A stretch of DNA of 64,000 nucleotides from NCBI GenBank assembly GCA_030390025.1, contig CM059431.1, forward strand, positions 111,106,001 to 111,170,000. Reading direction: 5' to 3'. The notes below the pieces were generated by a model. It did no database searches. It was not told where the DNA came from and worked only from the letters and a program-made list of their open reading frames with translations. Position 1 is the first letter of the stretch, and each line of letters starts with the position of its first letter. This DNA is from Squalus acanthias (lineage: Eukaryota). The translations under genes and the position numbers were made by a program. This document shows, piece by piece, positions 43,671 to 53,832 of the stretch.

Positions 43671-43832
43671 CGGGCTGGAAAAATTGCCATGGTCTACAGA
43701 AAGAGAAGAGATGGATTACAGTCAGTCTGAAAATAGGCTGAACTTATTGACATCAGTGCTAGGAAGTAGACATGCTCCAAGCAAATCATCTTGGTTGACA
43801 ACACCAAATAAGCCCAACAATCCCACTGATGA
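43671..43832 (+). CDS. Candidate internal coding exon of an unidentified gene (162 nt, phase 2-2)
   Basis: Acceptor TGCTTTCTGTCAG| ending at 43670 with a CTAAA branch-like motif at 43651, and donor GA|GTAAGA at 43833. Length is a multiple of 3 and only one frame is open (GLEKLPWSTEREEMDYSQSENRLNLLTSVLGSRHAPSKSSWLTTPNKPNNPTD). No homology recognised. Confidence 0.4.
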
Positions 43833-43960
43833 GTAAGAAAATAGAACACAGGGTGATGAGTAAATCGTTATATTTTCACAGTAGGAAATGTAACGACCTG
43901 GGTCCATTTAGGGGCAAATACTTCAAATTCACAGTACTTACTCCATAGCTTTTTTTAAAT

Positions 43961-44290
43961 CCGTCCTTTCGGATGAGACATTAAACCAAGGCTCCGTATG
44001 CCCTCTCAGGTGGAAGTAAAAGATCCCATGGCACCATTTCAAAAAAGAGCCGAGGAAATCTCCCCGGTGTCCTGGGCCCAATATTTATCCCTCAACCAAC
44101 ATCACTAAGAAAACAGATTCTCTGAGCACTTACCTCAGTGCTGTTTGTGGGATCTTGCAGTGCACATATTAGCTGCGCGTTTCCCAGATTACAGCAGTGA
44201 CAACACTTCAAAAGCTCTTCATTGCCTGTAAAGCGCTTTGGGATGTTCTGAGGTCGTGAAAGGTGCTATATAAATGCAAGTTCTTTCTTT
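43961..44290 (+). mobile_element. Deu-domain SINE (SacSINE1-like), 5'-truncated
   Basis: Deu core CTTTCGGATGAGACATTAAACCAAGG...AAAAGATCCCATGGCAC and L2-type tail GTGAAAGGTGCTATATAAATGCAAGTTCTTTCTTT. Aligns by eye with the copy at 49955-50395. Confidence 0.9.
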
Positions 44291-44682
44291 GAATTAAGCA
44301 ACGAGTCAAGTGTAAGTAAAAGTTACTTAAAGGTTAACTGTGCAGTATAATTGTTATCCCGTGGGTAACAAAGTCATGAATGAAATATGAAGCTCTGGCG
44401 CATGAGAGAGATCAACACGGTACATCGTTAGATGCCTGCTAAACATCCTATTAATATCATTCGTGCTTTTAAAAAGATATTAAATATGTTCCAGACCACT
44501 ATTTCAGTATTCCCCTTGATGTTATGAATTAGCTTACCTTTCTTCACAGGTGTTTGACTATCACATTGAAAACCCTTGTAGAGGATAATGTTTTGCAATA
44601 CATTATGAAGTAAATTAAAATGTTCCTCCTGATGTCTTGATCATAGTTGCATTTGTTTTTAAATGCTGAGAAACACAGGGAG

Positions 44683-45278
44683 GGCAGACGATATTCACCT
44701 CGCCTGAAAAAAACGGGTGTTTGGCAGATGAAAATTGGTGTATGAGTGGGATACCTTGGCCACCCCATTGACGCTCAAGGCCTACCTGGTGCAATATTCA
44801 GGTGTGCCTGTAAATAGATGAGCAGCCACACACCTGAAACCGGCAGGAGGCTGCTTAACAAATGCAAATCCGGGTCGCACGCCGGCCGTAGGTTATTGGA
44901 GGACGCTCAGAGCATGAGCAGAAGTTTCTTTTTAACTTTTATTTTGGTGGGGCCAAGAGGCGCACAAGTGGCCCCCTCCTAGACCACGAAGAAAATCTCC
45001 GGCCGGCTGCTGACACATGCAAGGCCCCACCCCCCCCACCACCCCCCCCACACACACCCCCACACACACCCCAGGATCGAACGACCAGCCAGCTTCAGTG
45101 CGGGAGCTGGCTCATTTCCCACTCACGCAGGAGATCTGCAGCAGGGCAGCTGTCTGACGGCCACAGCTTGCCGGCAGCATGTTAATGAGTCCCGGGCTCA
45201 CGCTGGCGCTCAGACAGGTTGGGCGGCCCCCTCCACCACCTCGTGCACATTTTTGGGCACTGCTTGAAAATCGCTGCC
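44683..45278. mobile_element. GC-rich non-autonomous DNA-transposon-like (MITE-like) relic
   Basis: Imperfect terminal inverted repeats (GGCAGACGATATTCA ... TGAAAATCGCTGCC), a GC-rich interior with a C/CA-rich tract, and no coding capacity. No TSD seen. Confidence 0.35.
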
Positions 45279-46382
45279 AGTCTCTCGTGGAATCGGGGAA
45301 TGGAGCCAAACTTTCATTCGGGGTAACATATCATCGTCAACGCAAAAACTGCAGACCCCCTTTAGATCTGGTTACTGATTGCTGAGTGTTTTGGATCAGG
45401 ACTTGTTGTCAGTGAGAGCAGTTGTGAGGGGGAAAAGGTTTAACACGGGGTGGGTTTTGGGCGGGTCGGTGGTAAGGTGAGTCGGAAATCAGCCGCTGCT
45501 CCAGAAATTAGGCCCAGGTTATTTTAACCCCCCAGGCCTCAGGCCTCATTAACATGCCGCCGGTTGGCAGAAAATCACGTAACCTGGAGGCCGCCCACCA
45601 ACACAAGGTAAATGGCGGGATTGAGTTACGGGTTCAGTTCGCGCGGGGAGGGGGAGTTTGGGGCTGGGATGGCCTAAACTCCTCAGGGCCACACATCTTG
45701 AAGTGAAAGCAGTGTGCAGGTTGGGTCCTTGGTATCGAGGCTGTATCTATGTGTTTTCTAATCCCGCCGGTTGTTATAACATGGGGACTCCAGTGATAAC
45801 CTTCTTCGTGGAATCGTTCCTCCTGGCCAATTCCATCTTCCATGGTGGAGGATCCCCCACCTGTACCCCGAGCAGCCCCAACATAACCTGGATGAGTCAC
45901 CGGCTAAGGCTGATAGCACAGCACGCAAAATGTGGGTGAGATGTCGAGTGATGTGCGTCATTGTCAGTGCGGTCTGCTCCAACTTACTTTGATCATCTTC
46001 GGGGGGGGCGGTTCAGGAAGGAATTTCCCAGTAATCATTTTTCCCTGAATTGGCCAAGGGTTTGTTTTTTTTTGCCTTTCTCATGGCTGCTGGTGGGTGG
46101 GGAGCATTGGGGGGGGGGGGGGGGTTCATGATGATTAGTTGCAACACAACTATATGTGACAGGCCACAGGGGCAGATGCGCCATTTCCTGTCCATCCATT
46201 TCGTATGTTACGACGTTCCTTTAAGATCCAGGCTTTGAAGCCACAATACCTTGTCTTTCTTCTCCTGTGTCCCAGCACGAAGTGGAAACACCATTCATTG
46301 GCTTGATTTACTGTTTGCTGACATATTTATGTTCTCTCTTTGGGCACATTTGTCTCCTGCCGCCTTGTTAAACATCACTTCT

Positions 46383-46691
46383 AAAAGAAAAGCAAAATAC
46401 TGTGGATGCTGGGAAATCTGAAATAAAAACAGAAAAAGCTGGAAATCTCTGTGGAGAGACAGTTAACGTTTCAGGGCAAGTGATTTAACTCCTGCCCCTC
46501 CATCCTATTACAGACCTCTCCCTTTTGTATTCCTTTCCCCACTCACCCACCTCCTTTTCCCAGGCTCTGCACTTGCTTATAAACTGTTACATCTCTAAAA
46601 TCTTCCAGTTCTGATGAAAGGTCATCGACCTGAAACGTTAACTCTGTTTCTCTCTCCACAGATGCTGAGTTTCCAGCCATTTCTATTTTTA
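46383..46691. mobile_element. Penelope-like element relic with inverted terminal (pseudo-LTR) repeats
   Basis: The left arm (AATAAAAACAGAAAAAGCTGGAAATCTCTGTGGAGAGACAGTTAACGTTTCAGG) is approximately the reverse complement of the right arm (CCTGAAACGTTAACTCTGTTTCTCTCTCCACAGATGCTGAGTTTCCAGCCATTTCTATTTTTA). The right arm carries a hammerhead core, typical of PLE termini. Confidence 0.7.
46607..46643 (+). ncRNA. Minimal type I hammerhead ribozyme motif (PLE-associated)
   Basis: AGTT-CTGATGA-A-AGGTC(ATC)GACCT-GAAA-CG-TT-AACT: conserved CUGANGA and GAAA boxes, 5-bp stem II, 4-bp stem I, and a palindromic AACGTT in place of stem III. Confidence 0.6.
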
Positions 46692-46783
46692 GGTCATCGT
46701 TCTTCTGTAGCTCCTCACTGAGCCTTGTGGTGGCATGGGGAGTGTTCCTTAGATGTTTGCCAACATCTTTTCGATAAGTTAAT

Positions 46784-47519
46784 GGCCCATAATTTCCGAT
46801 AGGAGGCTTCCTGCGTGCGGATGCCTCCTATCGGAAAAAAATCTACGAACTTACCTGAGGGCTCCTGGGCCTCTGCAAACTCGAAATGCGCAGGGCCCAC
46901 GTATCCCAGGGGCGCAGGCGGTTCGCAAGCATCCCTGGGATCATGTGGGGCTGGCCAGCCAATAGGAGAAGGGAATCTCCCTTCATACTTTTGACAGATA
47001 GACCTGTCAAATATATGAATGGAGATCACCCCAAAAAGGCACTAAAACATTAAATAATTTTTTTTAAAACCATCACTTTTTAAAAATGAGTTAAAATTAC
47101 AATAAATTAAATATTTTAAACAAAAATTTAATTTTTTGAAAAAAATAATTAACGTTTTTTACGGGGCTAAAAAGAAACTTACCTTTTTTAAAGGTATTTT
47201 TAAATTATAAATGAGTGAAAAAAAGTTTTTAAAACTTTTTTTCAACTCTTATGCTGGTAAAAGCAGGCCTTACCCCTGCTTTTACCAGGCGTAAGATTTC
47301 TAAGGGTTTTCAGCGGGCGGAGGTTCTGCAGAAAGCGGAACTCTCCACCCGCAGAGTCCCTTCTCCAGGGCAGGCGTCCGATCTGTCAAGAGCATTCTTG
47401 ACATCGGAAATATCGGTTTTCAGCGCATGCGCTTCGCATGCCTGAAACCGGCATTTCCGATGTCCCTACGGGTGTGTACACAGCCCGTACACACCCGTAG
47501 GCTTCGGAAAATACGGGCC
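46784..47519. mobile_element. PIF/Harbinger-like MITE (736 bp)
   Basis: 16-bp TIRs GGCCCATAATTTCCGA / TCGGAAAATACGGGCC (2 mismatches) and a 3-bp TSD AAT (46781-46783 and 47520-47522). AT-rich centre, several internal palindromes, no transposase ORF. Confidence 0.8.
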
Positions 47520-47840
47520 AATATTTTTAACATACATTTCTGACTAACATATCCATTAAAAACATGATATTGCAACAGAGTTGTGAGACTAAAAGAAAAT
47601 GCTTTGAAAGTTATGCTCTTTACCAACTTTAATTCTCACAGTTAGGATTTTGGATCCGCCATCGAGTTTGAATCTGTTTGAGTTATTGTGAGACAGAAAA
47701 CCAGACTGAGGCAGATCGGCTCTTGATGTGATACATCAATTAGAAACAATCCAAACTGGTCAGATGTGAACTGGATAAAAGACTTGCTTCAATCCATCAC
47801 ACCAGACGGTTCGGGATTTTTTTGGCTTGGGATTGCAATA

Positions 47841-48547
47841 TTCAGGACGAAGCCAACTGTTCGCAACCTCGGCATCCTTCTGACCCAACATCTTCTCCAT
47901 CACAAAAACAACCTATCTGCACCTCTAACATCGCCGGTCTCCGCTCTTGCCTCAGCCCATCTGCTGCTGAAACCCTCACCAATGCCTTTGTCACCTCCAG
48001 ACTCGACTGTTTCAATGCTCTCCTGGCCAGCCTCCCATCCTCCACCCTCTATAAACAGCTCATCCAAAGATCTGCTGCTCGTATCCCAACCCGCAGCAAG
48101 TCCCGCTCATCCGACACCCCTGTGCTTGCTGATGGACATTGGCTCCCAGTCCCCTCAATGCCTCCAATTTAAAATTCTCATCCTCGTGTTCAAATCCCTT
48201 CATGGCCTCACCTGTCCTATCTCTGTAACCTCCTCCAGCCCACAACCCTCCGAGAACTCTGCATTCCTCCCACTCTGGCCTCTTGTGCATCTCCCAATCC
48301 CTTTGCCTCACCATTGGCGGCCATGCCTTCCGCTGTCTAGCCTCAAAGCTCTGAAATTCCCTCCCTAAACCTCTCCACCTCTCTCTGCCCCTTTAAGACC
48401 CTCCCTAAAATCTATTTCTTGAACCAAGCATTGTCACTCTCCATCTTTGGCTCAGTGTCAATTGTTGTCTGATTAGGTTTCGGTGAAGCACCTTGAGAAG
48501 TTTTCCTATGTTAAAGGCATTGTATAAATGCAAGTTACTGTGGTTGT
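47841..48547 (+). mobile_element. L2-clade LINE 3' fragment (degenerate ORF2 C-terminus plus 3' tail)
   Basis: Frameshifted motifs TVRNLGILL, AAETLTNAFVTSRLDCFNALLASLP, HWLPV, FKILILVFKSLHGL. Tail TTAAAGGCATTGTATAAATGCAAGTT. Confidence 0.9.
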
Positions 48548-48831
48548 TTGGTTACAAAAACAGCCCAGAGACAAGACAAGGCTGCTACAGACTTGGGAAT
48601 TTGAACATTATTGTGGAAAACCACGATCTGCTGCATGTAAGCCAAGATGATGCTCCGATGGAGTCAAATATCTTGCTCTGGACAGAGAGCAGTGGGAGAA
48701 ACTAGGCACAGGAGACTCTGACTAATTACATATATAGATGGTTAACACTGAGATACAAGATAATAATTGAATTTAAAGGTGCTGATGAATGCATAAACTG
48801 TGAGAGCTTTGTTTCCATGTTAGCAGAACCC

Positions 48832-49367
48832 CTGTGTACAATTTTGGTCTCCTTACCTAAGGAAGGATATACTTGCCAAAGAGGGAGTGCAACGAAGGTT
48901 CACGAGATTGATTCCTGGGATGGCGGGACTGTCGTATGAGAAGAGATTGAGTAAACTAGGCCTGTATTCTCCTGAATGCAGAAGAATGAGAGGGGATCTC
49001 ATTGAAGCATACAAGATTGTTACAGGGCTTGATAGGGTGGATGCTGGGAGAATGTTTCCCTTGGCTGGGGAGTCTAGAACCAGGGGCCACAGCCTCAGGA
49101 TAAAGGGTAGGCCATTCAGGACTGAGATGAGAAGAAATTTCTTCACACAGAGGGTGGTGAATCTTTGGAATTCTCTACCCCAGAGGGCTGTTGGGTATAT
49201 TCAAAACAGAAGTCGATAGATTTCTGACTAGTAAGGGCATCAAGGGATATGGTGATAGGGCCGGTGAATGGAATTGAGGCAGAAGATCAGCCATGATCTC
49301 ATTGAATGGTGGAGCAGGCTCGAAGGGCCGAATGGCCGACTCCTGCTCCTATTTCTTATGTTCTTAT
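48832..49367 (+). mobile_element. CR1 LINE 3' fragment, same young subfamily as the element at 59523-63930
   Basis: Encodes QRRFTRLIPGMAGLSYEKRL...RGHSLRIKG...NFFTQRVVNLWNSLP and ends in TTCTTATGTTCTTAT. Near-identical reverse complement of 59523-60079 apart from a 14-bp deletion and scattered substitutions. Confidence 0.95.
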
Positions 49368-49954
49368 CTAGAGCCTTGTAAATCTGCCAGCCAGCTTTAG
49401 CATTTATAATCATCGATAAATTTCTAGTTGTTATTCTTGAAAACTCAGAATAACTTTGCGTTTTGAAAACAGTTATTTCCAGTGTCTTTGGAGGCTATTT
49501 TTCGCCTTGTGCCCGATAAGCACACAGATTCAACGATATTCAAGTCACAGCTACCAGTTTCAGAGGAGCATTAGCAGAGACCTCGCAACATGCTGCTCAT
49601 CAATAATGGATGATGTGTGCTGTGGAGAGAGAAAACTGGGAAAAAAAAGTTAAAAATAACTTTGAAGCTAATGCCTTGAAATTGAGCTGTGAACTGGTGA
49701 TAACAAATGAGTTAACAGGTTAATATGAAATTTGCTATTTTAACCTTGATACCATGAAATTAGATCAACTTCTGCAAGTCCTCTCAAAAATAGACTGCTG
49801 GCATGAATCATTAGCAAAAGTTCAGGGCCAAATATATATTTATTTATGGTCCAAATGTGTATATATATACATAAAATGTGTGTGTGTGTATATGCCATCA
49901 ACTCTGTGCCATCTAGGGTTCGCAATACATAACTGCTTAATCTTATACATTTAA

Positions 49955-50395
49955 ACTCTCGCCTCTGCGTCAGAAGGTTCTGGGTTCAAGCCCACTCCGG
50001 AGACTTGAGCACATAATCAAAGCTGACACTCCAGTGCAGTGCTGGGGGAGTGCTGCACTGTCGGAGGTGCTATCTTTTGAATGAGATGTTAAACCGAGGC
50101 CCCGTCTGCCGTCGATGGTAGACGTAAACGATCCCATGCCACTATTTCGAAGAAGAGCAGGGGGAGTTCTCCCTGGTGTTCTGGCCAATATTTATTCCTC
50201 CACCAATATCACTCAAACAGATGATCTGGTCGTTATCACATTCGTTTGTGGGAGCTTGCTGTGCGTAAACTGGCTGCCGCGTTTCCCACATTACAACAGT
50301 GACTACACTTCAAAAGAACTTCATTGGCTGTAAAGCACTTTGGGACATCCTAAGGTAGTGAAAGGCGCTATAGAAATGCAAGTCTTTCTTTCTTT
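49955..50395 (+). mobile_element. Deu-domain SINE (SacSINE1-like), nearly full length
   Basis: tRNA-derived head with B box GGTTCAAGCCC (49983-49993; A-box region missing), Deu core GATGTTAAACCGAGGCCCCGTCTG, and tail GTGAAAGGCGCTATAGAAATGCAAGTCTTTCTTTCTTT. Confidence 0.92.
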
Positions 50396-51364
50396 ATTTA
50401 AAAATCACCTCATCAGCACTCCTTTTTCATTTATACTTTAGCTTGATTTGCCCTTTATCATAAAACTCACAGCATGCTGTGTTCCTGCATCAGAATATGT
50501 GATCGTACTTGGCAGAGGGATTGACGCATTCACAGCTCAGTGACTAAGCAAATACAATGACCCCCCAAATATTCCTGTTGTCCAGAACTACCAAAGAAAT
50601 TAGTGGGGAAACTCCTAATGCCATTCTGCATTGCTTTTTCCACTATTAGAAGTTAACTTTATAAAGCCCATAGCATCTTAAAGAAAACACTGATATATTG
50701 ACTAAGAAGTCCCAAAATAGCTGACAAGGTACAGATAGTGGGTGCAATTTTATTGATGCATTGCAGCACAAAACAGATTTTATTTGGGAATGTAACAGAA
50801 TTGCATGCTGCAAGATGTATTTTTTAATACTTTTGAATATTTATGTCAAACAAGTTTGTGTATTCTTGGCTCCTATCTGTACTTCCAATTGGCACAGCCT
50901 AAAGCTACTCCTTGAACCACCCAGCTTGACATCAAACCATTGATTCTCTAATTCTGGGACTTATTCCTCCGAATAACTCTTCAAGATCTAACAGTAGGAA
51001 TGGAATAGAAATGGATTAAAATCTCTCTCATTGAATCTCTAACAGATGTGCCTGGTTCATCTTGCGGTGAGCGCCATGAGTTGGATAATTTCCCTGTCTT
51101 CAGCTCCAATTATTTTTGCGTTGCAAATTGCTGGAAGTGCACGCTGATAACGGCGCAGCGAGGTCAGCGGGGCATCTGGGACCTTGCTGAACGATGAGAT
51201 CAACAGTCTATCTCCTTAACCAATGAAATTTAAGAATAGAGAAAGAAACAGCGGAACAACTGGATATAGGGTCAATTAGAGTCAAGAAAGAAAGATAAAG
51301 AGAGGGAAAGAAAGATTGGATTAAGAGAGAGAGAAAAAAGATACAGAGAGGAAAAGTAGAAGCT

Positions 51365-52821
51365 TAGAATCATAGAATGGTTACAGCATGGAAGGTGGTC
51401 ACTCGGCCCGTCGAGCCCGTGCCGGCTCTCTGCAAGAGCACCTCAGCTAGTCCCACTCCCCCGCCCTTTCCCTGTAGCCCTGCAAATGTTTTTCCTTCAG
51501 ATACTTATCCAATTCCCTTTTGAAAGCCGTGATTGAGTCTGCCTCCACCACCCTTTCAGGCAGTGCATTCCAGATCCTGACCACTCGCTGAGTAAAAAAG
51601 TTTTTTTCTTATGTCGCCTTTGGTTCTTTTGCCAATCACCTTAAATCTGTGTCCTCTGGTTCTCGACCTGCCCTGCCAGCGTCAACGATTTGTGCACATA
51701 TACCATTAGGTCTCTCTGTTCATGCACCCCCTTTAGTTTATATTTCCTCTCTTCATTCTTTCTACCAAAATGTACCTCTTTGCACTTTTCTGCGTTAAAT
51801 TTCATCTGCCATGTGTCCACCCATTTCACCAGCCTGTCTATGTCCTCTTGAAGTCTATCGCTATCCTCCTCACTGTTCACTATACTTCCAAGATTTGTGT
51901 CATCTGCAAATTTTGAAATTGTGCCCTGTACACCCACATCCAAGTCATTAATATATATCAAGAAAAGTAGTGGTCCGAGAACCGACCCTGGGGGATCACC
52001 ACTGTATACCTTCCTCCAGTCCGATAAACAACCGTTCACCACTACTCTCTGTTTCCTGTCACTTAGCCAATTTCGTATCCATGCTGCCACTGTCCTTTTT
52101 ATTCCATGGACTTCAACTTTGCTGGCAAGCCTATTATGTGGCACTTTATCAAACGCCTTTTGGAAGTTCATGTACACCACGTCAACCGCATTACCCTCAT
52201 CAACCCTCTCTGTTACCTCATCAAAAAACTCGATCAAGTTGGTTAAACACGATTTGCCTTTAACAAATCCATGCTGGCTTTCCTTAATTAATCCACACTT
52301 GTCCAAGTGACTGTTAATTTTGTCCCTGTTTCTAAAAGCTTCCCCACTACCAAGGTTAAACTGACTGGCTTGTAGTTGCTGGGTTTATCTTTACACTCTT
52401 TTTTGAAGAAGGGTGTAACATTTGCAATTCTCTAGCTCTCTGGCACCACCCCCGTTTCTAAGGAGGATTGGAAGATTTTGACCAGTACCTCCACGATTTC
52501 TTCCTTCACTTCCCTTAGCGTCCTAGGATGCATCCCATCTGGTCCATGTGACTTATCTACTTTAAGTACAGCCAGCCTTTCTAGTACCTCCTCTTTATCA
52601 ATTTTATCCCATCCAGTATCTCCTCTACCTCCTCCTTCACTATGTCTATGGTGCATCCTCTTCCTTGGTGAAGACAGAAGCAAAGTACTCATTTAGTACC
52701 TCAGCCATACCCTCTGCCTCCATGCATAGGTCTCCTGTTTGGTCCCTAATCGGCCCCACCCCTCCTCTTACTACTTATATGCCTATAGAAGACTTTTGGA
52801 TTACCTTTTATGTTAGCTGCC
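51365..52821 (-). mobile_element. CR1 LINE fragment (second subfamily) with internal deletion
   Basis: RT motifs SQHGFVKGKSCLTNLIEFF, QKAFDKVPH, GSVLGPLLFLIYINDL, KFADDT. The (ATTCTATG)-type 3' tail is at 51365. ORF2 jumps near 51668 from the region after the RT core straight to the TRGH segment. Confidence 0.95.
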
Positions 52822-52824
52822 CTA

Positions 52825-53119
52825 ACCCTTAAATGAAACCTCCCCGCCTGGCTGTACCTTACACCACTTGCCCCGCTCAGACCACCATGGTGCCGGTGTG
52901 GCTCTCCTCACCAAATCACACCTTGGTCAGTCTCACTACTCCTCCGGCACTTTCTCCTCCTTTGAGCATCTCACCTTATTCCACCCCTCTCACCTCTCAT
53001 TTAAAATTCTCGTTCTCTACCGCCCACCCAAGTACCATAAAAATGTTATTACCGAGGTATCTTCACTGCTTTCCTCCCTCAGCCTCTGCACCAAACGACT
53101 TCTCATCCTCGTTGATTTC
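52825..53119 (+). mobile_element. L2-clade LINE endonuclease (APE) fragment
   Basis: Translation ...HHLPRSDHHGAGVALL...SFEHL...ILVLYRPPK...LLILVDF matches the APE domain motifs GGGVA, YRPP and GDFN. Confidence 0.85.
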
Positions 53120-53346
53120 AGGTTGAGCGAGGTTGTGGAGTTTGGTGTCATTAGTGTACTTGTGGAACCTGATGCCATGTCTTCAGATAATGTCGCTAAG
53201 GTGCAACATGTAGATGAGGAGCAGGAGGTGACCAAGGATAAATCGTTGGGAGACTCCAGAGGTAATGGTGCAGGGTTGGGTAGAGAAGCCATTGCTGGAG
53301 ATGCTCTGGCAACAATTGGATAGATAAAAGTGGAACCAAGCGAGGC
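53120..53346 (-). mobile_element. L2-clade LINE reverse-transcriptase fragment, inverted relative to the adjacent EN piece
   Basis: The minus strand reads LAWFHFYLSN...ITSGVSQRFILGHLLLLIYM...FHKYTNDTKL, a decayed GVPQGSILGP...YADDTQL core with an in-frame stop. Confidence 0.8.
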
Positions 53347-53348
53347 AC

Positions 53349-53530
53349 TTTTACATGGCCAGGTCGATAGCCTGACTCACAACTCCTTACCAGGAGGATT
53401 GGTGGACTGCCTTTAATCTGGCTCCTACCTTTCGACCTGTCTGGCTTGATTGATCCTACCAGGAGTTATACTCCCACCAGTATAGCTCTCAATGTCACAG
53501 GATCACACTTGCCATCCCACCACATCAAGG
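53349..53530 (-). mobile_element. RTE-clade (Expander/BovB-like) LINE 5'-UTR segment
   Basis: Minus strand CCTTGATGTGGTGGG...GAGAGCTATACTGGTGGGAGTATAACTCCTGGTAGGATC...GACAGGTCGAAAGGTAGGAGCCAGA resembles the conserved RTE 5' region. Recognised from memory of the family. Confidence 0.6.
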
Positions 53531-53543
53531 GAAGGTATATATA

Positions 53544-53657
53544 AAAGAAAGAAAGACTTGCATTTATATAGCGCCTTTCACGACCACCGGACGTCTCAAA
53601 GCGCTTTACAGCCAATGAAGTACTATTGGAGTGTAGTCGCTGTTGTAATGTGGGAAA
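53544..53657 (-). mobile_element. Deu-SINE 3' tail fragment
   Basis: AAAGAAAGAAAGACTTGCATTTATATAGCGCCTTTCACGAC is the reverse complement of the tail of the two plus-strand copies. Confidence 0.88.
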
Positions 53658-53832
53658 TATGTAATTGTAATAATAATATGTAGCAACTCACTGGCTATCC
53701 ATAATTGCATATTTTCTTGCAGAAATACTGGATTGGAAAAGTATAGGGTTACAGAAGCCACAAGGAGGAGTTGTTAAAAACTAGACTATTTAAGAATTCC
53801 CTGGCTAAATTCAAACCTACTAATAGATGTAC

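Noticed and set aside
408..43730. More than a hundred overlapping plus-strand ORFs (up to 510 aa) encoding HLSVTSTPVSHQYTCQSPV-like repeats
   Set aside because: A 19-nt monomer with no plus-strand stop yields the same 19-aa repeat in all three frames. ORFs overlap in every frame, indels are not frame-preserving, and stops are scattered, so there is no sign of coding selection.
45428..46050. GC-rich stretch with short ORFs on both strands (45658-45939, 45634-45900, 45758-45982)
   Set aside because: No recognisable domain, no convincing splice-site pair and no clear TIR. Probably decayed repeat sequence, but it could not be classified.
46249..46380. Strong polypyrimidine tract plus CAG at 46276
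   Set aside because: No convincing downstream donor and no recognisable peptide, so insufficient to call an exon.
49955..50010. tRNA gene
   Set aside because: The B box belongs to the tRNA-derived SINE head. There is no A box or cloverleaf, and it runs directly into the Deu domain.
51060..51358. Possible interspersed repeat with a purine-rich tail
   Set aside because: Looks repeat-like but shows no TIR, TSD, coding motif or second copy in the window to support a class.
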